A DNA stretch of 63,543 nucleotides, filler included, from Neolecta irregularis DAH-3 (taxonomy: Eukaryota): the NCBI GenBank assembly GCA_001929475.1. It is 9 parts of 9 records of this genome, joined end to end, with 100 filler letters (N's around TTAATTAATTAA, not from the genome) between each part and the next. Parts side by side here need not be neighbours in the genome. Positions count along the whole stretch, not along the records: positions 1 to 19,390 come from LXFE01002865.1; 8 more parts are not named here. One strand, given 5' to 3'. Shown in pieces: positions 1 through 12,454 of this stretch (within the stretch, counting starts at the first letter, position 1; each line of letters begins with the position of its first letter). Made by a program: the position numbers and the translations under genes. The notes beneath the pieces were generated by a model. It was not told where the DNA came from and searched no databases. It saw nothing but the letters and a program-made list of their open reading frames with translations.

Positions 1-518
1 TCCCAACATTTCAAACATGGTGTGATGATAACTCTGTACGATTAACAATATGATTATCCCAAAAAAGTACGTCTTTGCCGACATCTTCCAAGTCTGTCTC
101 TTGTTAGCGGGATTGAAAGTATGACTACCATTGTGTTTACCGCCAGCTCGGATGCACTAGCGGTAGAGGTTCAGCTACAGTACCGGGTATATGGGAGACC
201 CCACCTTTTGCGAATTTACCGCTCGCTTGAGTTTTGCAAATTCGCTCAAAGGATCGACGGTGCCCAGAAAAATGGGCTTGTACTGGTTCATGCCTTTGTT
301 TAGTAAATCTTTTTGGCAAGGGCATACCGGCATTGGCAAAGAGGAGGGTCTTGTCGTCGTGGGGAATTGTAGGCGAGCTGGGGATAAAGGTGTGTCCTCG
401 GTCCTTGAAGTACTGCAAGAAAGTCTGGCGCACCTGGGGGTGTTTGCGACGGATGATTGAAGCGGTTCTATACCTTCTTTGCGGGCCATTTAACCTGGAG
501 ATGGGATGAATGGGACAT
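1..518 (-). CDS. ALA1: Alanyl-tRNA synthetase, 5' part (continues beyond window start), several short introns
   Basis: Spliced translation [24 protein letters not shown]...[22 protein letters not shown]...[32 protein letters not shown] gives canonical AlaRS motifs; GT-AG introns join the frames. Confidence 0.96.
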
Positions 519-696
519 TGGGCGGGTTGTGATGCGGGAAACAGCCAGGCTGCGCTGGAATATGATGAGTGGCAGTGGAATATGATGAGTGGCAGGTGGA
601 CAAAAATGTCGAGGCTTGAAGTAGCAGCACCAGCAGCGGGTTCCTGTTAAATCACCTGATTACTTATCGATCTCTTTCTGATCCACCACCAATTAG

Positions 697-1291
697 ATGT
701 CACAACAGAGGAATAAACGAGTAGCTGCAGACAGAGAGGCCGATTATGCGAGAAAGACCAGCCGATTGATGCACCAGCTCTCCATTCGACAGCGTGTGTG
801 CACCCTGCCACGCTTCCAGACTCCAACTCACAGATCCAGACAGACTCCCATCCACCCTCGCTGGGCAGCTCATCGCCAGAGGAGGACACAGCCATGCGTC
901 CGCGCACAAGCTACGACAAAGACGAATATACCATCGTTATAACCAGTCTAAGCGATTCAGAAGACGATCTCCAGGACCGCGACCAGGAAAAAGCTTTCTC
1001 CATAATCGATAAAATGGACAAGGTCCCCGAGACGGTATACCAGCCAAGGCTGCATCTGTCCTCCCCTACCACCGATTTAGTCCTGTGGAAACCTCAAGAG
1101 TCGTGGTCTCTACTTCCCTCAGAGACCTTCAAATCATTTATAGGTGCCGAGCTAATAACCACCAACTCACCATCCTAGGACAAAAGACATTGCCCCAACA
1201 GATAAAACAAGGCGATCATGTGGACGAGATACGGCCTGCATCATTGAAGCCATTAGAAGTAGATCCTGATGCCATGGATTTAGATATTTGA
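697..1291 (+). CDS. Small hypothetical protein, probably 3 exons
   Basis: Three overlapping ORFs joinable by short introns; ends DPDAMDLDI; no named domain recognised. Confidence 0.5.
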
Positions 1292-1421
1292 CTCTATCAT
1301 ATTCCATATTTATTGACTACGCTTGATTTGTCGACTGCACATTTAAAACAAACCCTCCATACTGTCACCCCTATCAATGCCGACTGATATCAATATCAAA
1401 ACTTATTCAATCCATTCATAC

Positions 1422-1964
1422 CTATGACATAGGACTCTGAAAACGTCCGGTATTACCGGTAGAATGAGGATACAAATGGGCCTTGGGTGGTTCGTAAACG
1501 GGTAACTGTTGACCAGAATAAGGCGGGAGCTCTTGTTCCAGAGTCGGTCCATTTTGGTTCGGCCGCCCATATGTGGCGTTGGGATCAAAGGTATTAAACT
1601 GATAATTCGGTTGCGGTGCAGGGTATACAAGTCCTCTATATTTCTATGCAATTTAGACATAAACGTGAAGCGAAAGTGACGTACCTTGGCTACTAACCAC
1701 TGATGCGAAAAGAATATTAGCTTGTGCTTATAGCGGGGAAAGAACACATACAGAATGATACGGAAGAGGCGGCTGGCCCTAAAGAAAGTCAGTAATCCCT
1801 CAGAGATGAAAAAGTACCTGTCTAATACGTCTGTTCGCATGTGTATATGAAGCGACTATCGCCAGTCCAACTATACACAAGAGCATGACAATAACGAGGG
1901 AGCGAATCCAATAACTGCCGTCGTCGACATAAGACCAGTATCGTTTCACAAGTGTTTCCGCCAT
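1422..1964 (-). CDS. RCR-family-like single-pass membrane protein with PY-type motifs, 4 exons
   Basis: Manual splicing: MAETLVKRYW...WIRSLVIVMLLCIVGLAIVASYTHANRRIRQ|GQPPLPYHS|WLVAK|KYRGL...ELPPYSGQQLPVYEPP...MS*; TM helix, basic stop-transfer, LPPY/LPVY motifs. Confidence 0.65.
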
Positions 1965-2480
1965 GTTAAAAGCAAGATATATGTGCTAGGTAGACAGAGC
2001 AGATTCAGGTTTAGAGGAGACTGAGGGAAATAGACGATCGCGCCACTTCCGTCGGCATCAAGAAAGGCGGCGGTGGCGGTATACAATATTACTTTCCGAA
2101 AGTGGCGAATCGCCTGACTCTTGTTTGTTCCGATAAAATACTCCAATATCTTGCACCTTTTCTCTCTCTTTATTCCCATATTACTAGCCAATTTTCCCAT
2201 TGTAGAATGTTCAACGTAGATACGAGATCTCCCCCGGGCCGTTCTTGTGCCGTTCTTCTTTTTCTCCGGGTTCTCGGACCGGTTTTTATGGCGCCAATAC
2301 ACTGGAAATATATGCATTGGAATCCTATATCTGAAAACTATTTTTACATATTCATTCAAGACATTGAGTCCAACGATGAATGTTGTATTGGACCGATAAA
2401 ACCGTTGGCCGACTATACACGTGTTGAAACGACTTTGCCCCTAGTGCATCACTCTTAAGGATGATAATAAAGCCATTTCA

Positions 2481-5400
2481 ATGGGTTTGACCCCCGAAGA
2501 TGAACGAGATTATCAGGACAGTCTCAATGACTATTTGGAAGCGGAGAATGGCGAACAAATGGGCGAAACTGAACAAGACGAATTATTGTTCTCGCAACTT
2601 GCGGTTGATCAAGATCTTATCCTAGAGTACCTAAAAGACGCCAAGACCAAAGATAAACTCGAACGTAAGCAACTTGAAAATTCTCAAGATCACGAAGCTT
2701 TAATTCAGGAGGGATCAGAAAAAGATCTCGACGACCAAGGAAGCACCGGACGCGACCCCTCCATTGTCGATAGCCTAATTACAGATGACAATACCGTATC
2801 CCGAAGAGTATAGCTTAATTTTTCATTATATCTAAAGTTTCAGGCNNNNNNNNNNCTACAGATGACAATACCGTATCCCGAAGAGTATAGCTTAATTTTT
2901 CATTATATCTAAAGTTTCAGGCTTCTATCGCATCTGAAACCCTTTCAATTGCTTCCAGCTCCTACTCAGAAGTTACATCTTTGACACCGTCCCGTTCCTT
3001 GTTATCCCCATTTCGAAACCTTGATTCCGCAAGACAAAATCGGCGGTTAACATCTCTCACTGCTCCTCTCTCTCAATCACCTTCTCTGTCCGTGTTTCAT
3101 TCGCGCGCTTCCTCCGTTTCGAATTTCAACGATGCTTCCAGTTCAGAAGGACTTTCAAATCCCCGAGATGTTATCAGATGGAAAAGACTTAAACGGATAT
3201 CAGCTCGCCTCTATTCGGATGCCGGAAAACGTAACTGGGGAAACCCTACTGCGTTTTGCGTAAGACTGCCAATAACAATGATGGACTGAGACATAGGTTT
3301 CTGGGGTAATTGCCGTGGGGACAAGTAAAGGTCTAGTCCTGCTATTCGACTATCACCAAACTCTGAGATCTATTATGGGACCCGGGAGTAAAGGTGGTAT
3401 TCTTTCATTTACTCAAAAGCTTATGATATAGCCGTTGAAAGTGGTGCTGTTACGTCCATTACTGTCTCAGCAGACCATGCATATATTGCGACAGGTCATG
3501 CTCGCGGATCTATTTTCCTATGGGATCTCTCAAAGTCAGCTCAGCCGGCACGTTCGATACCTGCACTTTCTTCTGAAGAAATCAGACAGGCTAAGGCGTC
3601 TGGTCATCGAGATGGAAATGTAATCATAGACACTGGATTCATCGGGGCTAGTCATAGTCATCTGGTTTCTTTTGATGATCACGGGATGGGATTCGACCAT
3701 CTTTTCAGCAGGAAAATGATCGTCACGTCCGTCCATAGCACTCGTATCATCGGACGACAGTTGGGGTTGAACGGGGAGACGTTCTATGGCCGCAGTTCGC
3801 CATTGATGGCATTCTCTCCGCTTCCTCTGGGCTCTGCCTCACATTTTTCAGATATGTTGGGCATAGTTGCGATGGTTACTCTCTCACGAGTATCTCTCTT
3901 CTTTCTATATTATACTGATAGATTCTCAGCTGATAATTATATCAACTGTTCCTGTCCCCCGAACTCAGTTCAAGTTCTCAAGGCCGAGGCATTCGCCGGA
4001 CCCGTCCGATATAGCAGAAGGGGCTTGCCTCGCTTGGTATCCGTCAGTAAAGTATCGTGTGCCCGGAAACTCATCTCTTTCTGAATTGTCCTCTAAGCCT
4101 GCCTTGGCTTTTGCATGGGATAAGTATCTTGCTATCCTACATATCATGGATACAGAACAACCGCCTAGCGAAGACAAGTCTGATATCCCTGCAGTAGCAT
4201 TCGCTGTCCGAGTAGAAAGGCATGTCGATGAGCCTATTGTTGCCATTAAATGGTTCACACACGAGGTTGACAGTTGCCAATATTGTTGCTTAATGATTTA
4301 GATCTTGTTACTCTTGACCAAGACTCATAGAGTATTGATTCTTGAGGCCGCTAGTTTAGATATTACCGATTCTGGCGACATCGTTTCGAAAAGTCTTTTG
4401 CATTTCAATTACTTGACTTCAAGCCTGAAGATTGACCAAAATCTCGACGTGACGCCGGCTACATCGGATATGTTTCATCAAACTCTCCATACTTACAAGA
4501 ATAAGATATTCATGTTGGTATATTCAATCTCAACATTGGCCGCTTACCCGCAGTGTTCAACAGGCATTATACTCGGAATGTTGTCTACATGGGCTGATCG
4601 AGTCTTGGGATTTGTCGACCGTTCAGATTTCATTGAAGCAATCCGTCTTTGTACTTCTTATTACGCTGGCGGCCGGAGTCTAGTAACTCTCGGACTTCCA
4701 ATTGATGAACAACAACGTAAACATGCGATTGAAGATAAAATTCTCGATTTCATGCTTGCTTCTCTTCGCTATACGTTCAAGAAAGAAACGAATGCCAGGT
4801 CAGACCCACTAAATCTTCACAGAAATGTTGCATCTCTGAAAGGAGAATTAACCTCCGTTTGCTTCGAGGCCTGTATTTGCATGGACAACATGGCCTTCTT
4901 ATTTGACCAGATTTACGAATTTTATGAAGAGGAGGCAGACAAGGTCATATTTCTTGAAGCCCTCGAAAATTACATCACTAGTTTCAAAATTCGGAAAATG
5001 CCTCCTACGGTCGTGAAAGATTTCATCGAGTTATATTGTTCGCGGAAGCAATTCGGGTTACTGGAGCGTGTCATATGCCATATCGATGCTCTTTCACTAG
5101 ATATTAACCAAGTCATCACGCTCTGCAAGAACAATAATCTATTTGACCCTCAAATTTACATTTGGAACGAGGCCTTGGAGGATTATATCGCTCCTATGAT
5201 TGAGTTTGTTCAACTCGCAAGAGATCTCCTTATTTCTGCTGCAGACTCTGAACAGTTACCAGAAGATATCAGGTTATCGCAAGTTACGAGGCTTTTCCCC
5301 TATTTATCATACATCCTCACTGGTCGGATATATCCCACTGGAGAGGTGAAGGACGAACTGAAAGCCAATGGCGGTAAGAACGCGCTCTATCATTTCCTAT

Positions 5401-7418
5401 TCTCAGGAAGGACGCTCATATGGCCTCCCAAGGGTGGCGTCTTGATTACAACTACGATCAACGATGAACCTGAACTCACATTCCCTTATTTACGTCTTTT
5501 TCTCCGATTGGACACGCCAACATTTCTTCAAGCTATGGACGAAGCACTTGAAGATCCATATCTCAACGGCCAAGAGGAATTATCCTCCAGCGATTATCCC
5601 GAGACAGCGCATCCCTTTAATATCAATGTGAATCGACAGTTTATCGTGAATATTTTAATGGAAGTCATGAGCATTGGATTTTCTCAAGAAGACCTTTTAT
5701 TCCTTTATATCTTCATTGCGAGAAATGTTCCAAAATATCCTCAGTTCATTATGCTATCGGGATCCACCCTTGAACATATTCTCGCTGAACTATGCTCATT
5801 CAAAGATCCAGAATTGGCAGAAGAATGCCAACTGTCAGTCGAATACCTTTTATCGACTTTCAAGCCATTCGACACCGAACATATTATTGAGTTGTACCAA
5901 GAAGCTAAATTTTGGAGAGTCTTGCGTTCGGCATATCGGACTGATAAAAAATACGACAAGATGCTATTGGCCTACTTTGACGATCCGGATGCAAGGTCTA
6001 ATACTCTCGTTGCCTTGGAAGACTTATTACGGCCGAGTAATGAACTGAACACTAAACAATTGAGTAAGGTCAGAGATGTTGTCTTGCAAAAGTGTTTGGA
6101 CTTTGTGCAACTTGATCCCCGTCGATTTTCTCGTATCGTTGAAGAGAACTTGTGCGATATACACCCAGTTATCATTGAGAAGCTGAAAGATTATCCGGAA
6201 ATGCAATTTCAGTACCTGGACTATTTACTTGGTCTTGAGCAATCGCCGGAAGATGGGAAGGGAAGCGCGACAACCTGGATCACCAAAGACTTCAGGCATC
6301 TTTATATTAAGCTCAGTGCTAGATTTAGACCTTTGCAAGTCAAAGCGTATCTCGAGTCACAATCCTCCCAAAACTACCAGGAAGAGATTGTCATATCAAT
6401 CCTGGGGGAATATGATATACTTGATGCGATGGTCTCTATCCTCTGTCGCAAGGGTTTGCACGGCGAGGCAATGGACCTGATTCTGGATCGTTTGCAGTCG
6501 TGTACAGAACTGATCTGGTTTCTGTTGAACGACATGAAGGCAGCCAATAGGTTTCCCCCAGAATTTGATCAACTCAAATCACAAATTCACACCTTTCAGC
6601 AAGACGTATTGATTGGGCGTTCAATGTGCGAAGATTTGTCAAAGCTGCCATCGGTTCGACCGAGTAAAATTCGTGGCGGAAAAGAATTAAATCCAATTGA
6701 AATGAATTGGTTAAAACTAATATCGAATGTATCTTCATCAATCCGCAAAATAGCCACAGTCTCTGAATCTGTAATTGCTCCGCTCGATATTACGCTGCAT
6801 CAGTCTCTGTCGAAGAGCGGCAACCTCCTAGTGCAAGACCTATTCACGTCTTTACTAAGTGTAACATCGTCCTCATCATTATCTGTAAATTTCATCAAAG
6901 TTCTTGGAGCATTTCTGAAGCAGATATCAGAGGAATCGCCACGTCTGGAAGATGTTCGAGAGACATTATCGAATATATTTGATGCGTATATTTATGAACC
7001 GCAGATTCTTTCGTTGGCATTACAGATTATTGACAGGGACATCTTTTTGGAGGTAGATGACTCGATTCAGAAACGAAGGAGAGGATGGAGACCATCGGGA
7101 TTCGAATGTGATAGATGCGGCGCCAAAATCTGGGGAACCGGGGTCATTCGAAACATTTACGAGGCTTGGGATACGAAAATGTTGGCTGATATAATTCAAA
7201 GAACGAAATCAAGGGAAGCTGAGAATAAGAGCTTGTCTGCCGGTAAAAGTAAGCAAAATTTGGAGGATTTACCTTTGAATGTTGTTGCCGGCGAAGCTAA
7301 TGCAGCGGACTTGATTGTATTTGCATGCGGACATTGTTACCACCGCGCGCATTTCTCGGATCAGGAATTAAATGGCATGTTAATTTGTGATATTTGCAGG
7401 GAGAAGGAATCCAAGTAG
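2481..7418 (+). CDS. VPS8: CORVET complex subunit Vps8, multi-exon, small gap at 2846-2855
   Basis: Beta-propeller-like N-terminus (IAVGTSKGLVLLFDYHQ), long helical region with LDINQVITLCKNNNLFD..IYIWN, C-terminal RING-like CDRC...CGHCYH...CDIC. Confidence 0.9.
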
Positions 7419-7598
7419 AATAATATTTTGCAAATAATCAAATTGACAAATAAACCTTTGTTAGATATCAGAAAAGAGACAGAAACCTTCCAACGAATTC
7501 TCTAGAAATACCCCACATATTTTACTCTATACAGATATACATGAAAAGCTCCAACCTGCAGAAACCCCGTGAAATCCAGATATAAAAGCTCAAATGAT

Positions 7599-8513
7599 TT
7601 AAAAGCTTAGACCGTTTCTAATTTTAGCCTTGAGAGACTTTCGTTTACTTTGAGATTGCAATGGAGAACGAGGCGGAGAATATGGTCGGGACACATATCC
7701 CTGCGTTTGATATGATTTTGGCAAATTTTGATCATGTGTTTCATCTCGATGTCCATTTGTGATCTGTCGCTGTGGTTCTCCATGAGCACTGAAAATAGAG
7801 TTGTTTTGAACCGGAAGATGTTGATAAGAGCTATTTCCAGTGGAAGAAGGGGGTGTCGCAGATGGAGCAGCCTCATTTAAATATTTGACGGCACTAGAAG
7901 AAGCCACATGTCTTGGGGACGGGTAGTTGGGTCGCGCGTAATTCGAAGGGGGTCTCGGTGTATCGTACGGTGAGGCGTGATGTTGACTTGCTCTTCGATT
8001 TAGATATGCACCCGAATTATTGGGATGTCGATCCGAGTCGTCCGTGGCGGCCCGCATAAGTTTCAATTCTGTCTAGTTCTAGTGTTGTTCTATAAATATC
8101 ACTTACGTAACCTGTCTCCAGTCGCGGCAAATTCAAAAGACCGAATAGTATCTAAGGGTCTCTCGGCCTTTGAGCGGAACGGATTAGCAAAATCTGGGTC
8201 TAGGAGGGAGTTGGTTCGGGGTAATAACTTCTGGAAACGAACCTTGGATGACATTTCCAAACACGTCTTTGAACTTTTGGTCCGGGGAAGTCGGAGGAGA
8301 CCAGGACTGAGCTTCAGCTACAGCCCAGGGCTCCAGCTCCTGAAGCGGCTTGTTGATCTGGGATGCGGACGTTCCGGATCCTCCGAGACCGCGATGTCGG
8401 CGGTGGGAAGCGGCAGCGTGGGCCTCATCGTTGACGGCGGACAAGTCCGGACTGTGGTCTATGCCTGTTGTGTTTGCACGGCGAGATCGAGTGAAGGCTC
8501 TGCGGAGAGACAT
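7599..8513 (-). CDS. DUF2406-family protein, about 3 exons
   Basis: Spliced motif KDVFGNVIQ|DPDFANPFRSKAERPLDTIRSFEFAA matches the DUF2406 signature; low-complexity C-terminus. Confidence 0.75.
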
Positions 8514-8603
8514 GTTGGCGAGGGAAAAGAAAAAAGGCAGAGGCGAGAAGAGGGCAGGGACGAGAGAAAAGAAAGGCGCAGAGGCAGAGGTGCAGTACAT
8601 TCA

Positions 8604-10284
8604 TTAGGTCACGTGACCGGGCTGCCCGGGGCGACGTCGGTGGCTGCTGGCAAACGCCAAAATCCATTTGCAGTTGGTCAACACGCACTTAAGCGCCTTT
8701 GTCCATTCCTCAAACTGGTTGAACGCAAGCTTGATGCAGTGGTCGCCTATGCGGTCCTTGTGGATTCTGCCCATCAAAACAAGGTCAACACCAACAACTT
8801 ACCCGTACGGCAGCTTCAGATTCGCATCCTGCGACCGCGTAAACTGACCGAGTTGGTGCAAGCATTCCAGGAACGCAACCATCGCCGCGTCAATCTTGCG
8901 GTGCGCAACAAGGTTTGGCAGGATCGAATCGCCAGAGCTGTACAGCTCAAGCATCTCGTTTCCTTGCGTGCGCGGGCGGTTATTGGCGTCGCGCTCAATC
9001 TTCTCAATCGCCGAAGTGCATCCTCGCGGGTGCAGCAGATACCTGCACCAGTCAGCAGCACTCCCCCAAAATCAGACCCTTCAAATTCAAACTGCAGTTT
9101 CTCCGCCACAGTAACAAGCAGCAAAAGGGTCTGACCCCACGCGGCGTTGATCTCAGTCCATTCAACCTGCTCTGTCAATTGCAGCTCAAGTCGTGTAAAC
9201 ACACCATGTACTGCTGCGACCTCCCCAGCCGCAACCCATTAATAGTCCCAAAATGCCCATCGTGAGAAATACAAAAGACATCATTGTAAACATTCGTCCG
9301 TTGAAGTCGCTCTAATTGCTTCGAATCATGATCATACCCCAAATTGACGCTATCCCGTTCATTCTGAAAATCTTCCAATTGAGACATAAATTCATTCTTC
9401 GACTTCCAAAACTCTTCTTCTTCAATTTCGAGTTTTGATAACTCGGCTTGCAACGAAGCAAACTCGTTTTCGAGATCTTGGCTTTGTTTTTCGAGAGACT
9501 CAAGGTGCTTCAGTGCTTGTTCTTCTTCTTTGATTATCTAAATATCAGCATTCAAATAGATACAACACCATTGATACACGATAGTATTCTTTCTGTGCAG
9601 CCTCACGTTCAGCGTCAGTGGGTATATCTGCATTCGCGCGTTTCAAAAACTCAATATATGCATCACGCTCCTTTGTCGAATCTGACAACCGTTTATTCAT
9701 ACCGTCGAGTAGGATTTCAGTACATTCCGCACAGACAGGATGGCTAATTTCTGATTTGGATGAGAGGACATCAAACAACTTTGACGCAGTTTTCAGCTTT
9801 TGGGATAACGTGTTTGAGGAATTGTTTTCGTTTGATTTGGCTGATGGTTCTGACACATGTTTTGCTGGTGCGATTTGTGATTCCGTCAGAACCACATAAG
9901 ATTCCGCTGGACCTCCAAAGATTGATTGATCACCGAGAGACTGGTTTGGGGATCGCCTGTTGGACGATGTGGGAATATTGGCTCTTGAAGACGAATGATG
10001 AGACTTCAAGACCCGTTGATATAAAGCGTCCCTTCTGTCAGGATACAGATGTTTTTGCTGCTGTCTCTTTGTAGATGTCTGTGGGCTTGAAAAGGCGGAC
10101 TCGTTACCTTGATTGTGAATGATCTGGTCTTTCTCAGATATATACTGGACGTCAACTGATCATAGGCTCCTGGAGACAGATCAACCAATGTTTCGTGAAT
10201 CTCCAAGGGCAATCTGCATCTCTCGCAAGTCAACATTTCCTCCTCGATGTCGGTCATGGCAGGTTTCTGTAGCGGAGATCGCAT
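8604..10284 (-). CDS. ATG6: Beclin-1/Atg6/Vps30 PI3K complex subunit
   Basis: [12 protein letters not shown], coiled coil, [57 protein letters not shown]; start codon could be 10284 or 10257. Confidence 0.95.
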
Positions 10285-10361
10285 CACAGTAGTGTAGTCA
10301 CGTGTATAATTGTTTCCTTACATTGTAATACCCCACTTGACCCAAAAATCAATCCTGGACT

Positions 10362-11656
10362 TTACATAGTTTTTGCTTGTCCATCTCCAGCATTGCTGGC
10401 TTCCAGCTTCTCTTCGCTTGCTTCTTTTAGTTTCGCCCGGACAACTTCTGCGAATATATCACTCTTCTGAGCGCTCTTTCGCTTCTTCAGTGATTGATCC
10501 TGGTCAGTAGCAGCTACTCCGGTGTCCTCGTAAATACTTTCATCATCCTCAGTCATTCCAAGAGCTTTGATTCGGTTGGCAAGTTTGACATGTTCAACAG
10601 CCCTGCAAACATCAACTACATTGAAAAAGGGTACTCTGCCTCTTGAACCTCCTCCGAATAGTAAGACCTGCTTTAACAGAAGGCAAGATATCTTGAGTCT
10701 TTGCAGTATCACCAACTAACCACGGATGAGAAAGAGCTTGTTTAGCATTTAACCGCTCATGGGGATCAGGATTGAGCAAATTTTTAATAAAATCTTTGGC
10801 ATCATTACTGATGTGTATCCAGTACCGTTCATGAAAGGAGGTATCGGCTGCAATAGTTTCTGCAATCAGTCCTTGGCGGTCTTCGCTTCGCCATGGGGAG
10901 TATCCACAGAGTAGTGTGTACGTAATAACCCTGCGAATTAGCACTTTTGAGAGAGTGGAGTAACCCAACACTCCAAATATCAGCAGGGTAACTGTGTCCA
11001 ACACGAGTCAAAACCTCTGGAGCGCAGTATCCATAGCTTCCAGCCATGGTAGTGAGCACATCATCGTCCTGAGCAAGCAGCTTTGCGATCCCAAAATCTG
11101 CTAGAACGAGAGGGGAATGTTTATCTGGAGTCGAGTACAATAGATTCTCTGGCTTTAAATCTCGGTGAATGATGTGTTTTCCATGCAAGTATGCAACTGC
11201 ATCTAAAATCTCTTTGATGTGGTCCACTGCATCTCGTTCTGTAAACTTTCCCAATTCGCAGATTCGGTCAAACAGTTCTCCGCCCGTAGCGAGCTCGGTG
11301 ACAAGGTAATATTTATCCCTCGACTCGAACCAATCGACAAAATGAACAATGTGAGGGTGATCAAGCGATTTCAACAATCTCATTTCTTCAAGGACCATTT
11401 CCTCGTTTCCTATACCATCAATTGCGGAACCCCAACAAGGAGGGAAACCTTTGACCTTTCTCTTTGGAATGATCTTTATGGCGACTGGGCCATTTTCCGT
11501 CATGGCCTCCTTGACTATGCCATATGTTCCACAGCCACTTGAAATTGGAAAATAGAGCATTGAATCGACTTACAGGGTCTTTCCGAGTTTGTAGAGTTTC
11601 TTACGCTCATATCCAGGCGGCTGATGGCTTTTGAAGAGCTCTGGAATAAAGGACAT
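10362..11656 (-). CDS. CMK1: Ca2+/calmodulin-dependent protein kinase
   Basis: GxGx[47 protein letters not shown] and a C-terminal regulatory helix. Confidence 0.92.
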
Positions 11657-11922
11657 GTTTTCGAGAAGAAAACAGCAAGAAAGGAGATGGCTAGTGAGGC
11701 TTGGTGGATGGGAAGAAGAGTTCTGAATCCAGGTCGTTGGCATTACGTTCCGCTGCTAGTCTTGCCATATATTATGTATACATATTTGGCACTATGCTTC
11801 TATCTGAATACCTTGGAGATGTTAGCTGCCTTATTTATCTCTTGAAGCCGGGGCAGCTGTCTCCTTTGCACTATTCCACTCAACCTATACACACTTTATT
11901 GTCAAGTTCTCCACCTCCAAAC

Positions 11923-12378
11923 ATGTCTCCTCCCTCAAGTCGATCCAAAAACAATCGTCAATCAGAGACTCGCTACTACAATGTGGCATTGAAAGGCTAC
12001 CAAAATTACCTTGACACAACACCCCTGAAACTCAAATTCGTAGACATATATCTCGTGTTTCTAATGGTCGTCGGAATCATACAATTCTTATACTGCATCG
12101 TCTCGGGATCGTATCCCTTCAATGCCTTCCTCGCTGCATTTTTCAGCGCCGTTGGACAGTTTGTACTGGCAGGTATTTATCAACCTTTGAGTTCAAGCTG
12201 AGGATAAAGCGGGGTTGAGAACTCAGTCAAATCCCTTGAATCGAAAGGACTTTGCGAGTGTCTCCCCGGAACGGTTGTGTCCTCTTGTGTTCTCACATAC
12301 TTACACCATAGGGCATTTGGAGATTTCGTGTTTGGAAGTTTGCTTCTACATTTCTTTGTTATTAATTTTATCGGATAG
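11923..12378 (+). CDS. OST2: Oligosaccharyltransferase subunit DAD1/Ost2, 3 exons
   Basis: YLDTTPLKLKFVD...YPFNAFL...VGQFVLA|..LRTQ...VSPER|AFGDFVFGSLLLHFFVINFIG*. Confidence 0.95.
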
Positions 12379-12454
12379 AAGAAAATGTCAGGCCCTACAC
12401 TTCTCTACAAAACTCAGAAGACCCAAGTCTCGTATCATTAATTATTCCAGACAA

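Noticed and set aside
1403-2458. ORF-track proteins of 145, 137 and 118 aa
   Set aside because: Wrong frames or promoter sequence; the supported gene is the spliced RCR-like CDS
8025-9134. 369-aa plus-strand ORF
   Set aside because: Antisense shadow of the GC-rich ATG6 and DUF2406 exons; no recognisable motif
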